Source of the DNA: Vitrella brassicaformis CCMP3155
Taxonomy: Eukaryota; Protista; Chromerida
Assembly: GCA_001179505.1 (NCBI GenBank)
Contig: CDMY01000007.1
Coordinates: 150,470 to 214,469, forward strand
Direction: 5' to 3'
DNA: 64,000 nucleotides
The notes under the pieces were generated by a model. It was not told the origin of the DNA. It searched no databases and saw nothing but the letters and a program-made list of their open reading frames with translations. Of this stretch, positions 48,253 through 59,634 are shown piece after piece; the stretch's first letter is position 1, and each line of letters begins with the position of its first letter. Both the position numbers and the translations under genes were made by a program.

Positions 48253-50736
48253 CGCACCATGGACGAGGGGCTGGGCTGGGTGGTGGGTAGGTCATCTAGC
48301 TCGACTCGATGGTGACTAACAAACAGACAGACAGACAGCGGTGCTGTCGTAATTAAATGACTGACTGACACGTCCCGCCTCCACAAATGGGAGAGAGGCC
48401 CTCGGCGAGACACAGACAGACAGACAGGCAGACGGACGGACGGACGCGGGGGCTCGCGGGGGGGACGTATGTGCGTGCTGGGATGGGCGAGTGGTGGTGT
48501 ACATGTCATGTCAGTGAGTGCATGGGATGGATTGGTGTCGTGTGTACGAGTGTGTGTAGGTGCTGTATGTGTTGTGAAGATGGTGGTGGTGTGGTGGTGG
48601 GGAGGGAGGGGGTTGGACGAGACGACGGATATATACAACTAATTCGATGCATGCTTCCTTCCATGCATGTCATGCATCCGTGCAGTGCACGCGTGGGACC
48701 CACTTGACCTTCAACCTTCTGTATGCGTCTAGTCGTTCTTTCCTCTGCCTGCTTTCTTGCCAAATGACTGACCATCCTATCCTCGACCAGTTTGTTTGTT
48801 TCCACTTCCACACCACGTAATGAATGGCTGACGGATGGATGGATGGATAATGCAATGCTTGATGGACACTAGTAATCGAGTCGACCAGTCAATCCACCAC
48901 ACACATGGACAGACATGCCAGGGAGGGAGTGCGTCTGCACTCACACAGAGACAGACAGATACGCACACGCAGCCGGCCAAGAACGAGACAGCACTGAGAG
49001 AGAGACCCGCACCCACACAGGTGGCTAGCCACACCACACGACAGACACAGAGCCAGACAGACAGGCAGCACGCAGACAGGAAGGACATCAGCCACGGCCG
49101 AGACAGAGAGAGAGTCAGTTAAAAAGGTCGTGTCAACCTTCAGGTCGACACACTTTGGCGACTGGGGCGATTAAACAAAGTGGCTGGCGAGATGGATTCA
49201 TTCGTGTCAGGCAGGCAGGCAAGCAGGTGAAAACACGCATGCAGGCATGTATACGAGCGTGCTGCGTGGGTGTGGGTGGTGTGTATGGTGGGTGCTTCAT
49301 GTCATGTGGACACAACATAAAGGATCGCCGCCTCGAGCAAGCAGCCGAGCAAGACTAGCCTATCTATCAGCTCCTCCCTCCCTCCATCCATCCCTCCGTC
49401 TTCATCAACTCAGCTCTTCCGCCCGTCCAAACCGCCGGCCTGGTGCAGGCATGGCAAACTCCCCGTTATGAGGTCGTCTCCCACGCCTACACCAGTCCGG
49501 AACAATGGACGGGCAGCCAGCCAAGCCAACAACAGAGAGGCACCCCACCCCGCTGTCGCCCGCATAGGAGAAAGGAATCATCACGGAGCATCAGCAGACG
49601 AGAAAGACCTGGCTTTCACTCACTCCGTCTGTGTCCGTGTATTCGGCTGCTCCTCCCGCCCGTGCTGCGCTGTGCGCCGTGGGAAATGGCTCTCTGTCAC
49701 ACAGCGTCGATCAACGCTGTCGACAGCGAGTCACATTTCACCGCCGGGCTAACACAGGTTCGGGAAGGCCAGCCACAGAGACACATGTCACAGGGAGGGA
49801 AGAGGCAGCATGTCAATCGTCACATACACACACGCACACACGAGGTGAGGGATCCTCTACACCAGCAAGCAGTGTGATGGTGTATGCAGCCATGCAATGC
49901 ATGCATATCAGACGCAGTCAAGCTCTACATCAGACAGGCAGGCAGGCAGGCGGTGAAGAGAGGCCACAGCACTTGAATTAGGCCATCAATCATCATCAAA
50001 CCGCACACAGATACTCATACTCCCACACACACAGAGTGGAAAAAATAGTCGGCGACCGGCTCGCTGCCATACCGACTCTTCTCTCATCTGTTCTCTCTCT
50101 CTCCCCCAACCAGCCACAACCCGCCCCCCCTCCCCTCCCCTCCCCGATGCACCCGACATCACAGCTGCAATACTAACGATACCGTAGACACATCAACACA
50201 GCGAGGCAGACGCACGCAGACAGACAGACAGACATCGAGGGCACACGAGAGAGCTCGTCTTTGGAGAAAAAGACGGGGCAGGGGGCAAGGGCGGACAGAC
50301 GGGCAGGACGAGAGGCAGCGAGGGGGGGAACATTGTGTTGTGTTGAAACGCCGCAGACAGACGAGCATTGTGGGTGTCTGTCGGGTGGGTAGGTGAAGTG
50401 GGTGAGTGAGTCAGTCAGCGCTATGGATTGATGGGCTGCCTGGCTGCATGTGATGGTGCTTTGCATGTCATGTGTGTATAATGAGAGGAAAATCGACAAC
50501 GCATAACTTCCTCCCTCCCTCCACCCTCCATCCCAACTCACACAAACGCATACCACCCACACCAACCAACCCCGCCCACACTCGGTCTACGGCACCTGAA
50601 AAGGAGAGGAAGCACAAAACCATCAGCCACTGATGCATAGCCAGCACCTCGCCTCTCTCTCCCTCCCTCCCTCCCTCCCTCCACACACATACCTGAATTT
50701 GCGTATGTATGTGTGGCGGTATGTGTGTGGCATGCA
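48253..50736. repeat. Simple-repeat-rich spacer between the convergent TM9SF and Bfr1-like genes
   Basis: Tracts of GACA, GGAT, CAGG, CCCT and CACA; no coherent coding signal. Confidence 0.8.
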
Positions 50737-51430
50737 TCAGTTCTCGCCCTCCTCCTTCTCCTCGCCCTCCTCCTTGTCGTCCTCCTCGCCCTCCCCCTCG
50801 CCGTTCTCCTGCTCCTCACGGGCGCGGGCGCGCTCGGCCTCGCGGGCACGCTCCTCCTCGGCGGCCGTCTCCTTGGCGCGACGATCCAACTCTGAGGGCA
50901 GGGACACACAGGGACACACACGGGGGTGTTGAGTGACTTGGAAACACGTGTGTGTGTGTGTGTGTGCGTGTCTGCGTGTGCATACCGGTGAGCTGCGACT
51001 GGATTTCGGTTTTGCGGCGCTTTCGCTCCTCAATCATGCCCTCCTGAACAGACAGCCACCCAGGATGAATGGCCTGAGTGTGGAGGATATGTCGACTCGA
51101 CCCACCTACCCACCTGTTCCTTCTTGTACTCGTCGAGTTTCTTCTCGAGCTCCACGAGGAGGGCGGGGGCCTCCTCAACCGACATGGGGACCTTCAACTG
51201 CACCAGAGAAAGCCAATATACACACAGACAGAGAAGGATGTGTCGTGGGCCCGTGTGTGGTGTGGTGTGGTGTCTGTTGTCTGTCTGTTGGCTGACGCAC
51301 CCCGAGTTCCTCGAACATGGAGAGGGTGCCGATGTCGTGCTTGATGCCCTTCTTCTTCTCGTCCTTGCCGCCGGGACCCTTCTTCTTCCCCTTGGCCTTG
51401 GTCGGCGCAAAGGCCCACTCGTCGTCGCTG

Positions 51431-51461
<31 letters not shown>

Positions 51462-53236
51462 CTTTCTCCATCCGTCCGCTCCGCGTGTCGTGTGTGTCAA
51501 TTCTGGGTCGCCCACTCCACTGACCGGTCCTTCTTGGACTTGAGCACCTGGGTGACGCCCTCGGGGAGTGTCTCCTCCTTGGCCTCGTGCTCGCCCTCGT
51601 CGGCCGCCTCGTGCTTCTTGTCCTGCTCCATGAGTTTCTTGAGGTAGGTCATGGTCTGCTCGACCTTGAGCACCTCGGCGCCCAGGGGCAACTCGTCCTC
51701 CTTCTCGAGCTCGCGCTCCAAACGCATCCGCTCCTGCTCCTCCTGACGCTTCTTCTTCTCGATGCGGGCCTTCTCGGCACGGGCCTGACGCATCTCGGCC
51801 TGCTGGGCTTGGAACTCCCGCATCTTGGCGTGCATCTCGTCGCGGATGCGGTTCTTCTGCACACACACACAGGGGAGGGAGGCATGGTGCCACCTTGTGT
51901 GAGGTGTGGTTGCGCATCTCAGATATCTGACTGAGGTACGTTTGCGATGTGTTCCTGTATCTTGTTGTTGAGCTCGGTGCGCTTGTCGAAGAACTCCTTC
52001 AAATTGGCTACCTGGTCACGGCTGACGTGACACATCAATCCGTGCACAATGACACCACGCCATGCCACGCCACGCCACAGAGAGAGAGAGAAATGAGCGC
52101 ATGTGCCACTTCCCTCCATGCATACCGGTCGTTGATGAGTTTCTTGAAGTGTTCGTTCTGCCCGCGTCTGGCCTCCCTGGCGGCGTTGAGGTCGGTACTG
52201 ATCTTGAACAGTCGGTCGCGGAGGGGCGCCTGGTCGTCGCTGCTGTCGAACGTGCTCTCCATGCGATTGTACTTGCTGCAGTCCCCACACACACCAATGC
52301 ATTGCACACACCACACAGGGCGGGAGGGGTGTGTTGGTGTGTTGGTGTGTGGTGTCTGTCATGTGGGCTGCGGTGCATACGCGAGCTGCGGCTTGTCCTT
52401 CTTGAGTTTCTTGATCTCCTCCATGAACTTCTTCTCCTCCTTGAGCGACATGGTGGACGTGTGCATCTGGTACTCGATCTCGCTGACACACACACAGACA
52501 GACAGGCAGACAGACAGACAGACAGACAACAGGGCACACAGCACAGCACAGCACAGCCGTGTGGCACGATTGCCTTGTCTCGTTTATGTGGCGTGGCGTT
52601 TTGTGTGGTGCTGTGCTGTGTGTGTCTGTGTGTGTCGTGTCCTACTAACGCGATTCGGTTGTCGATCTCCTCTTCGTTCTTGTAGCCGACCTTGCGCTTC
52701 ATGTCCTGGACCTGGCTACGCTGCACACACCACACGGACCACACAAGACAGACAACCCAGCATCCCGTCACCGTCCTCCTGTGCCCACCCCACCCCACTC
52801 AGGTGTGCACCATACCATCTTCTTGGAGTCCTCTTGTTTCTGGGAGATCTGGTCGAGTGTGCTCTTGCGCTCCTGCTCGAGTTTGTCGATGTGCGCCTGG
52901 AGGTCGTCGAGTCTGGAGCGCATCTCCTCGCGCTTGCGCTGGAAGTCCTCCTTGCCCGCCGAACGCTCCGATATCAGCCCCTGCACTTTGCGCTGCACAC
53001 ACACACACAACACAGAGTCCAGAAGGCCGTCAGTCCTCCCCCGTGTGTGACTCGTTTTGCTCCTCGCTGACCATTTCGCTCTGGAGTTCGTCGATGGCCT
53101 TCTGCTCGATCTCAATCTTGTCCTTGTACTCCTGGTCGTCCGGACGGGCCGGCATGTCCTTGCGCATCCGACCGCCGCCACCACCGCCCCTCGCACCCTC
53201 CCTCCTCTCCTCACCCTTGGGCTTGGTCGCCGCCAT
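50737..53236 (-). CDS. Bfr1 / proton-pump-interactor (PPI1)-like coiled-coil protein, about 11 exons
   Basis: Spliced peptides PARPDDQEYKDKIEIEQKAID, KRKVGYKNEEEIDNRI, IEYQMHTSTMSLKEEKKFMEEIKKLKK, and C-terminal IKHDIGTLSMFEEL/LKVPMSVEEAPALLVELEKKLDEY resemble the Bfr1/PPI1 family blocks as I recall them. The acidic tail ends at 50737. Confidence 0.7.
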
Positions 53237-53471
53237 CTCGCCTCGTTCTTGTCAGGGGTGTGCTTGTCAGCGCTCGCTGCTTGTCGTGTCCGCTCGTGGC
53301 GTGAAAATCACAAAGGTGGGACTAGCTTAGGCACCTCCTCGCCGGGCAACACATGGCTGGTCAATCAAGGCAGACAGGGGGTCGGGCGAAAGATGGACGA
53401 GAGAAACGAAGTCTGAAAGCTACAGTAATGCAGCAAACACTTCTCGGAGTGACAGATCTTCCCTAGGAAAA

Positions 53472-53516
53472 CCTCGCAGTTTCGCCACTTCCAGATGCGA
53501 GCTCCACGCGCGAGCT
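53472..53516. promoter_or_regulatory. Two GCGAGCT copies in the divergent Bfr1-like/BCKDHA spacer
   Basis: agaTGCGAGCTccacgcGCGAGCTtag, with copies at 53497-53503 and 53510-53516, lying between ATG 53236 (-) and ATG 53551 (+). Confidence 0.4.
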
Positions 53517-53550
53517 TAGCCATTTTGGCAAATCGATCCCGCTCTTTCCC

Positions 53551-55989
53551 ATGGCGTTCATGACATCCTTGCGCACCTGCAGTGCGTGTGCTACAGCCCC
53601 CATGCTACAATCGTCCCGTTTTCTCTGCTCGCATTCATTGCCGCCTGGAGGTGTGACGGCGTGGGTGCGTCGGTTTGGCTCGAGGAGGAAGCTGACCGCC
53701 GAGGAGATCGAGATGCCCTTCGCGGGCGTCCTGGCGAAGCAATACGTGCACAGACCGGAATTCAAGAAGGTCAGCAAACAAAACACTTGAGGGACCGACG
53801 GCAGGCGGCTATCGCGTGCGGTTTGCTTTCATCTGTGGCTTCGTTTGTGTGCTTGTGTGTGCTTGTGTGATCGTCAGACGTACGAGGGCATCCCGATCTT
53901 GCGTCAGCTTGAGTACGATGGCACATTGGTGGATGGCATCGAGCTGCCGTTCCCGCTGGAGGAGGGGGTGGCCATGTACCAGACCATGCTCAAGCTGACC
54001 GTGTACGACCAGATCATGTACGACATACAAAGACAGGTAGGTAGGGTAGGCAGGCAGGTGAGTGAACTAGGTGGCTTACTGTCCTGTCCACCACCCATTC
54101 GTCCATCCACACGCCATGCCCTCCAGGTGACACCCTGTGTGTGTGTGTGTGTGTCGCATGGCATGCAGGGTCGTATATCGTTCTACATGACCAACTCAGG
54201 CGAGGAGGCAGCCCAGGTGGGCTCGTCGGCAGCCCTGGACCTGGGCGACGTCATCTTCCCGCAGTAAGAGGAGGCACGAGCTCGCAAAGCAAGGAGTCTC
54301 CCTCCCTCCCTCCCTCCCTCTGTGCTTGCAGGTATCGCGAGTTGGGTGTCTTGATGTGGCGCGGCTTCACGCTGCAGGACATCGTTGACCAGTGCTTCAG
54401 TACGTCAGACAGTACTGACTGACACAGAAAGGAGGCAAGCCCAGACAGTATGTCACGTTATGCGGATGGGTGGCTATCCTTGTGCTGCACACACGTCAGG
54501 TCTCAAGGGCGACCCGGGCAAAGGCAGACAGATGCCCGTCCACTACACAAGTAACGAACTAACTAACAAGGAAGGAAACACACAAGCCCATGACGCGTGT
54601 GGCACACGCGTGCATCGTGTGTCTGTCTGTGTATCCCCCCCGGCAGGCAAGAAGCTCAATATCCAGACGATATCGTCGCCCCTGGCCACCCAGATCCCAC
54701 ACGCCACCGGCTGCGGCTATGCCTTTCGTATGAGGAGACAAAAGAACTGCGCCGTCACATACTTTGGCGAGGGAGCGGCGTCAGAAGGTACGTACGCGGG
54801 CAGCCACGAGACACACACGCACACACGATGTATGACGGTTATCTATTGTGGCTGTCTGTGTGTGTGCAGGCGATTTCATCCCGGCCATAAACTTCGCGGC
54901 GACGCTCAAGAGCCAGACGCTCTTCATCTGCCGCAACAATGGGTTTGCCATCAGCACCCCCGTGTCGGAGCAGTACATCGGTGACGGCATCGCCGTGCGG
55001 GGCATCGCTTACGGCATCAACACCATCCGAGTCGACGGCAACGACATCGGTAGGTGGGTGGCCCTGCCCTCTCTCTCCACATGTATGTCATAGTGCGGGC
55101 TGTGCTGTGCCTGTTGTGGTTGTGGTCGATTCAGTTGCGTCATACAACGCCACCAAGGAGGCCCGTCGGCTGTGTCTGGAGGAGGAGGCGCCGTGCGTCG
55201 TCGAGCTCATGACCTACAGGTAACAGACAGGCAGAAACACAGCGCGGAGAGACGCTCCCTTATGCCATGCTGTCTTGTTGTGGTGGGTGGTTGGGTGCCT
55301 TCACTCTTTCATCCAGGGTAGGTCACCACAGTACGAGCGACGACGCGAGCAGGTACCGTCAGGACGAGGAGGCCAAGGCCTGGCAGGAGGAGGGCATGAG
55401 CGGGGTCGGGAGGTTCAAACGGTTCCTCATCAACCAGGTCAGTGCAGTGCACTACACGGCGCGACGAAACACCCACGACAAAACAAAGCCCTCTGAGCCC
55501 GTGCATCGATCTATCTTCCTGTTGTTTGTGGGTGCATAAAGGGTGTGTGGAGCCAGGAGCAGGACATGAAGTTGGCGCAGGAGACCAAGAAGCAAGCCAT
55601 ACAGGCAATCAGGTATAGCATAGCGACCAACACTGCTGGGCGGGCGGCACGTACCCGACCCCTATTCATTCATTTGTGTGTGCGGACAGGGAAGGAGACA
55701 AAGAGAAGTACTGTCCAATCGACGAGGGACTCTTCGAGGTGGGCCAGCTGCACCGCACCCACAGATGACCACTCACTGCCGCGTGTTATGTGTGTCTATT
55801 CTATGTGTCTCTGTGGTGTGGATCGATTCACTCCCCCAGGACGTGTACGACACGCCAGACTGGCGGCTGAGGGAGCAGCAGGCCCACCTGCACAAGCACC
55901 TCGAGACACACGCCGACAAATACGACATGAGCAGATACGAGCCGTCGGCCGCTTTCCCATTCCCAGCGGACTCGAAACCCAAGAAATGA
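53551..55989 (+). CDS. BCKDHA: Branched-chain alpha-keto acid dehydrogenase E1 alpha, mitochondrial
   Basis: R/S-rich presequence, [56 protein letters not shown] motif [27 protein letters not shown], and the phosphorylation loop [16 protein letters not shown]. Stop at 55989. Confidence 0.97.
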
Positions 55990-56569
55990 CATATGAGAGG
56001 GGAGGGAGGGGGCAGCGAACGTGATGTATAGATAGCATTGCGTGTGCATTGTGTGTGTCTACGTGGGTGGCCTTTTTGGTGTGGGTGGTGTTGCAGGAAG
56101 GCGTTTGTCGGTCTGAGTGTCTGTCCGCCTGCCTATGCTTCCGTCCGTCCGTCCGGACGTGTGTGTGCGAGTGTCGGCAAGTGATTGATTGATGAGCGGG
56201 CGAGTGAGTATTTGTTGTTGCTGTGTGATGTAGGCTTTGGAATTGCCTGCGGGTGTAGGGACAAACTGGCTGCCCATGGATGGATGGATGGATGGATTTG
56301 CTGACATTGCTGGAATATCGACTGCTGTTACAGCGGTGAGTCGGTTCTCCAGCTTTGTCTGTCAGCAGGTCTGTCAAACGCAAGAGAGGGTGTCAAATGC
56401 CACCACCCACAACAATGACAGTCCTCTGATCAGCCGTGCTCTCCAATTTTCATTCAACATTAATCCATGAACCGAGCGAGAATCACGCAGCACGCATGGC
56501 CAACCGATCACGATGGTCCCTGTACAGGTATACGACAGTCAGCCATTCCATCTATCCATCCATCTATCG

Positions 56570-57514
56570 TCATGCACCAAAGCGACATCTAATCACCCAC
56601 TCGTCCCCCTCCACCACGACGGACCCCACACGGCAACACTGGCGCAACACTGCCACCTTCTCCTCCTCTTCCCTCCGCCCGTCGGCCTCAACCATGGGCA
56701 TCTCCTCGCCGCTGCCGATGGCCGGCATCATCTCCCCCCGCCCCACGCCGTTCTTGCCCTCCCCTCTGAGCACCCTGCTGAGGTCCTTCTGCGCCTTGCC
56801 TGACCCCAGGTCAGGGGCATAGCACGATTCCTCTGGGCCGAGGTCGAGCGAGAAGCCGCCGGCCGGTGCGGGCAGCGCGCGTCTGAGGCTGTCGGCTATG
56901 CGGTGGACCTGGCAGGGCAGACACAGGCCCTCCAGACGCAGCTTGTAGACCTCCTGGTTGTCTTCCTCGGCCGTGAGGGGGTTGGGTGTCTTGTCCCCGT
57001 CTGCATCGTGGATGTTGATGGCCGCACCATCCTCGTTCTTGAGTTTCTTGAGCGGCTGAGTCGGCGCCTCGCTGAGAGGGACGGGCGTCTTGGTCTGCTC
57101 GGCAGTGAGGGCAGCCACACGCAGAGGCTGCAGCTCACCTCCCACAAACGGCCGATCGCACACAATCCGCGACAGGTACTCCACGTTGCCCCCTGCCGCC
57201 TTGCCATTGCTCGCCCCCAACCCCACCCCTTGCCCCATCTCGCTGGCGTACTGCTGCCGGTCGCCCGCCGAGCCCCGTGAGCAGGCCCGCTCCATGACGT
57301 GATGGCGCCAGAAGCTGAGCAGCGAGCTGACGTTGTATCGGCCAGTGATGAAGAGCACCGACGGCGGCCGGCCTTTGCGTGCCTGGCGTTCGGCCTTTAT
57401 CTGGGAGGGGTCAGTGGCAGCACGGCTGATGGACTGCGGGGTGCCCGGGAGAGCGATCGGGGAGATGGTCGTGTACTTAACGCCATACTCGTCGAGCTTC
57501 TTCCTGCACACACA

Positions 57515-57551
<37 letters not shown>

Positions 57552-58199
57552 GTGCTGCCTCGCCGGTCACGCAGCTTGTGGTCGGCATGACGGATGTGTG
57601 TACCTGAGGGTGCTGTCGCTTTTGGTGATGATGGCCTCGAAAGGATTCGCATTGACGATGATGGAAAAGTCGTCATAGGCAGATACGATACACGCCTGGA
57701 CAGACAACCAAACAACGCGACCAAACGTCAAATAAATGCGATGGCGACTGTGCCTTGTAAGTATTCCGTCCCTCACCTGCTGGCAGGCACCTGTGAGCAG
57801 ACTGCACGTCACGCTCCGAAACGCCATCTCCCACTTATGCACCACCTCCCGCCCCTTCCCGTCCCGCATCTCGACATCCTTCGGCGGCACATACTCGCAC
57901 CGATACACCGCTCTATGCAGGTCACTCATGGTGCTGCTCTCGTACGCACGCCCATTCATCGCATGACGGTCGCCGGCATCTGCATGCATGGCGCTGCCAG
58001 GTGGCGGCAGAGGGGGAAGCGATGCAAAGGCACTGAGGAGCGGCGAGCGGGCGGTGATGGTGATGTTTGAGCTGAGGCATCGGTGGGATTTGAGGCGTCT
58101 GAGCGCCTCTGCGGGAGTGTGGAGGTCGCACCGGCTGTCAGGGCTGCTCTCGTTGCCCTGGAGCACCTGCTGGTTCGACACTTTCCGGTTTAGCTGCAT
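56570..58199 (-). CDS. DONSON: Divergent DONSON-like (downstream neighbour of SON) replication factor; start uncertain
   Basis: Collinear blocks compared with DONSON as I recall it: CLSSNITITARSPL; LHRAVYRCEY; KWEMAFRSVTCSL; spliced GACQQ/ACIVSAYDDFSII..EAIITKSDSTLR/KKLDEYGVKY; SVLFITGRYNVSSLLSF; IVCDRPFVGGELQPL; YKLRLEGLCLPCQVHRI. Two GT-AG introns. No search run. Confidence 0.6.
57507..57550. repeat. Compound (CA)n(GA)n microsatellite, reading (TC)n(TG)n immediately before the acceptor AG of a DONSON-like intron
   Basis: Seen directly in the sequence. Confidence 0.95.
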
Positions 58200-58300
58200 C
58201 GCGGATGACAGAAGTTGATGTCACAGCTGCAGAGTATCACCCAGGGAAGCATCCAGCGTGACATGGCATCCTCTGTCCCACCATTTTTCTCCCCAATGAA

Positions 58301-58329
58301 TAAACCATTAACCCTAAACCCTAAACCCT
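58301..58329. repeat. Short interstitial telomere-type repeat (TTTAGGG on the minus strand; telo-box-like)
   Basis: taaacca-ttaaccc-taaaccc-taaaccc-t: two perfect TAAACCC units and two degenerate ones. Confidence 0.75.
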
Positions 58330-58414
58330 TCTTCTCCAATAGCACAGCGATCCCACGGTCCTGAGCATTTGACTCATCCATAAGCTTCTTCGCCACCTTG
58401 CCTTCATCCTATCA

Positions 58415-58468
58415 GCGAGCATCTTTGCCAACAGTGCGTCCGCGAGCATCTTTGCCGACGGTGCGTGG
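58415..58468. repeat. 27-bp tandem duplication in the DONSON-like/plastid-gene spacer
   Basis: gcgagcatctttgccaacagtgcgtcc (58415-58441) followed by gcgagcatctttgccgacggtgcgtgg (58442-58468). Confidence 0.85.
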
Positions 58469-58491
58469 ACCTTGCAGCTTTGTCGGTGAGG

Positions 58492-59634
58492 ATGAAGGCA
58501 GATCAGCGGTCCTCGTGGAGCTGTCGGGGACAGCTTCTATCCGTCCTCGGATTGGCTTCTTTTCTCTCGGAGTTGTGCGTTGGTGCTTCGCTCTCTGCGA
58601 GGCCACAAGGAAGGATGAATGGCTTTCTTGCTATGCCCAAGGTCACCTTGCGCGGCTTCCAGAGGCGCTCTGCATCGCGGCTGTCATCATCTCCAGCTGA
58701 CGTCTATCCCCTACCCGTCCTGCAGCTCCCTCCAAGTTCCAATGCGACATCGCTGGTGAGGGAGTCCGTCGTGCGTCAGTCGCCTGCCGACACACCCGCC
58801 CCTCCCCCGCCATCTGAAGACTCGAAGGAAGAGCTGGCGCGCAGGACGGTTGTCGATCTGGACGCGGATGTGCCGCTCACACTTGACCTGGACAACGCAC
58901 AGGTGGCTGAGCTGAAGAGGGAGGAGGCGCGCAAAGAGGTGGAGGCTTTCGAAGCGGCACAAAGGGAGATGGAGCGGGAGGTGAACCGCACACGGATGCA
59001 GCAGAAAATGATCGATGAGAAGCTCGAGGAGCTGCCGCTTGTTGACGTGCAGAAGACTCGGCATGACTGGCCGGCGGGCGCCAACGAGACCTTAGTTGAG
59101 AACGAGGAGTTCGAGGTGACCCGGCTGGCCGTGCTGGAGGAGGACTCCGTCCGAATGAGGCGCCGCTGCTCCTATCGCGTCAGGATGACCTACCCCCCTG
59201 CACTCACCCAGCGGCAATTCAACTATGTTCTCAACCAGAGGAGGCACCCCGGTGGCCACGCTGGCGACAGCACGGCGGTAGATGACTCGCTGGTTAAGGA
59301 GACCATGCTTTTCGTCGCCGGCCGCTTCATCGACATCGGCCTGGAGGACCTCGCCGCCGCCATGCAGGCCTATGTGCCGCAGGTCACACTTCGCGAGACC
59401 GACTTGGGGAGGCTCCGCGACTGTGTGGTCGACCCCTTCGACGCCAAGAGTCGGTTCGTGCCTGGGAATTCGTTTTCGTTTTGGGTGCACGTGGATGGTT
59501 ATGAGGTGTGGGACCCGACAGGGACGGACACGGGTGTGGCGCCTGGCACGTGGGAGTACAGGACGCTGGCCGCCATGCTGCCAGACAGAGGCAGGGCACA
59601 TAGGAATGGCTGGGGAGAAGAGGCGACCGAGTGA
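58492..59634 (+). CDS. Intronless protein with a bipartite (signal plus transit) leader and a possible trigger-factor ribosome-binding-like domain
   Basis: 380-aa open frame with coding-like composition. Leader MKADQRSSWSCRGQLLSVLGLASFLSELCVGASLS followed by an R/S-rich segment, a coiled coil, then RCSYRVRMTYPPALTQRQFNYVL..VKETMLFVAGRFIDIGLE..FVPGNSFSFWVHVDGYEV. The CDS is well supported; the domain call is tentative. Confidence 0.6.
   Translation: MKADQRSSWSCRGQLLSVLGLASFLSELCVGASLSARPQGRMNGFLAMPKVTLRGFQRRSASRLSSSPADVYPLPVLQLPPSSNATSLVRESVVRQSPADTPAPPPPSEDSKEELARRTVVDLDADVPLTLDLDNAQVAELKREEARKEVEAFEAAQREMEREVNRTRMQQKMIDEKLEELPLVDVQKTRHDWPAGANETLVENEEFEVTRLAVLEEDSVRMRRRCSYRVRMTYPPALTQRQFNYVLNQRRHPGGHAGDSTAVDDSLVKETMLFVAGRFIDIGLEDLAAAMQAYVPQVTLRETDLGRLRDCVVDPFDAKSRFVPGNSFSFWVHVDGYEVWDPTGTDTGVAPGTWEYRTLAAMLPDRGRAHRNGWGEEATE

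Noticed and set aside
51949-53070. 373-aa (+) and 260-aa (-) ORFs over the Bfr1-like gene
   Set aside because: Chance read-through of exons and repeat-rich introns; the spliced minus-strand model explains the region.
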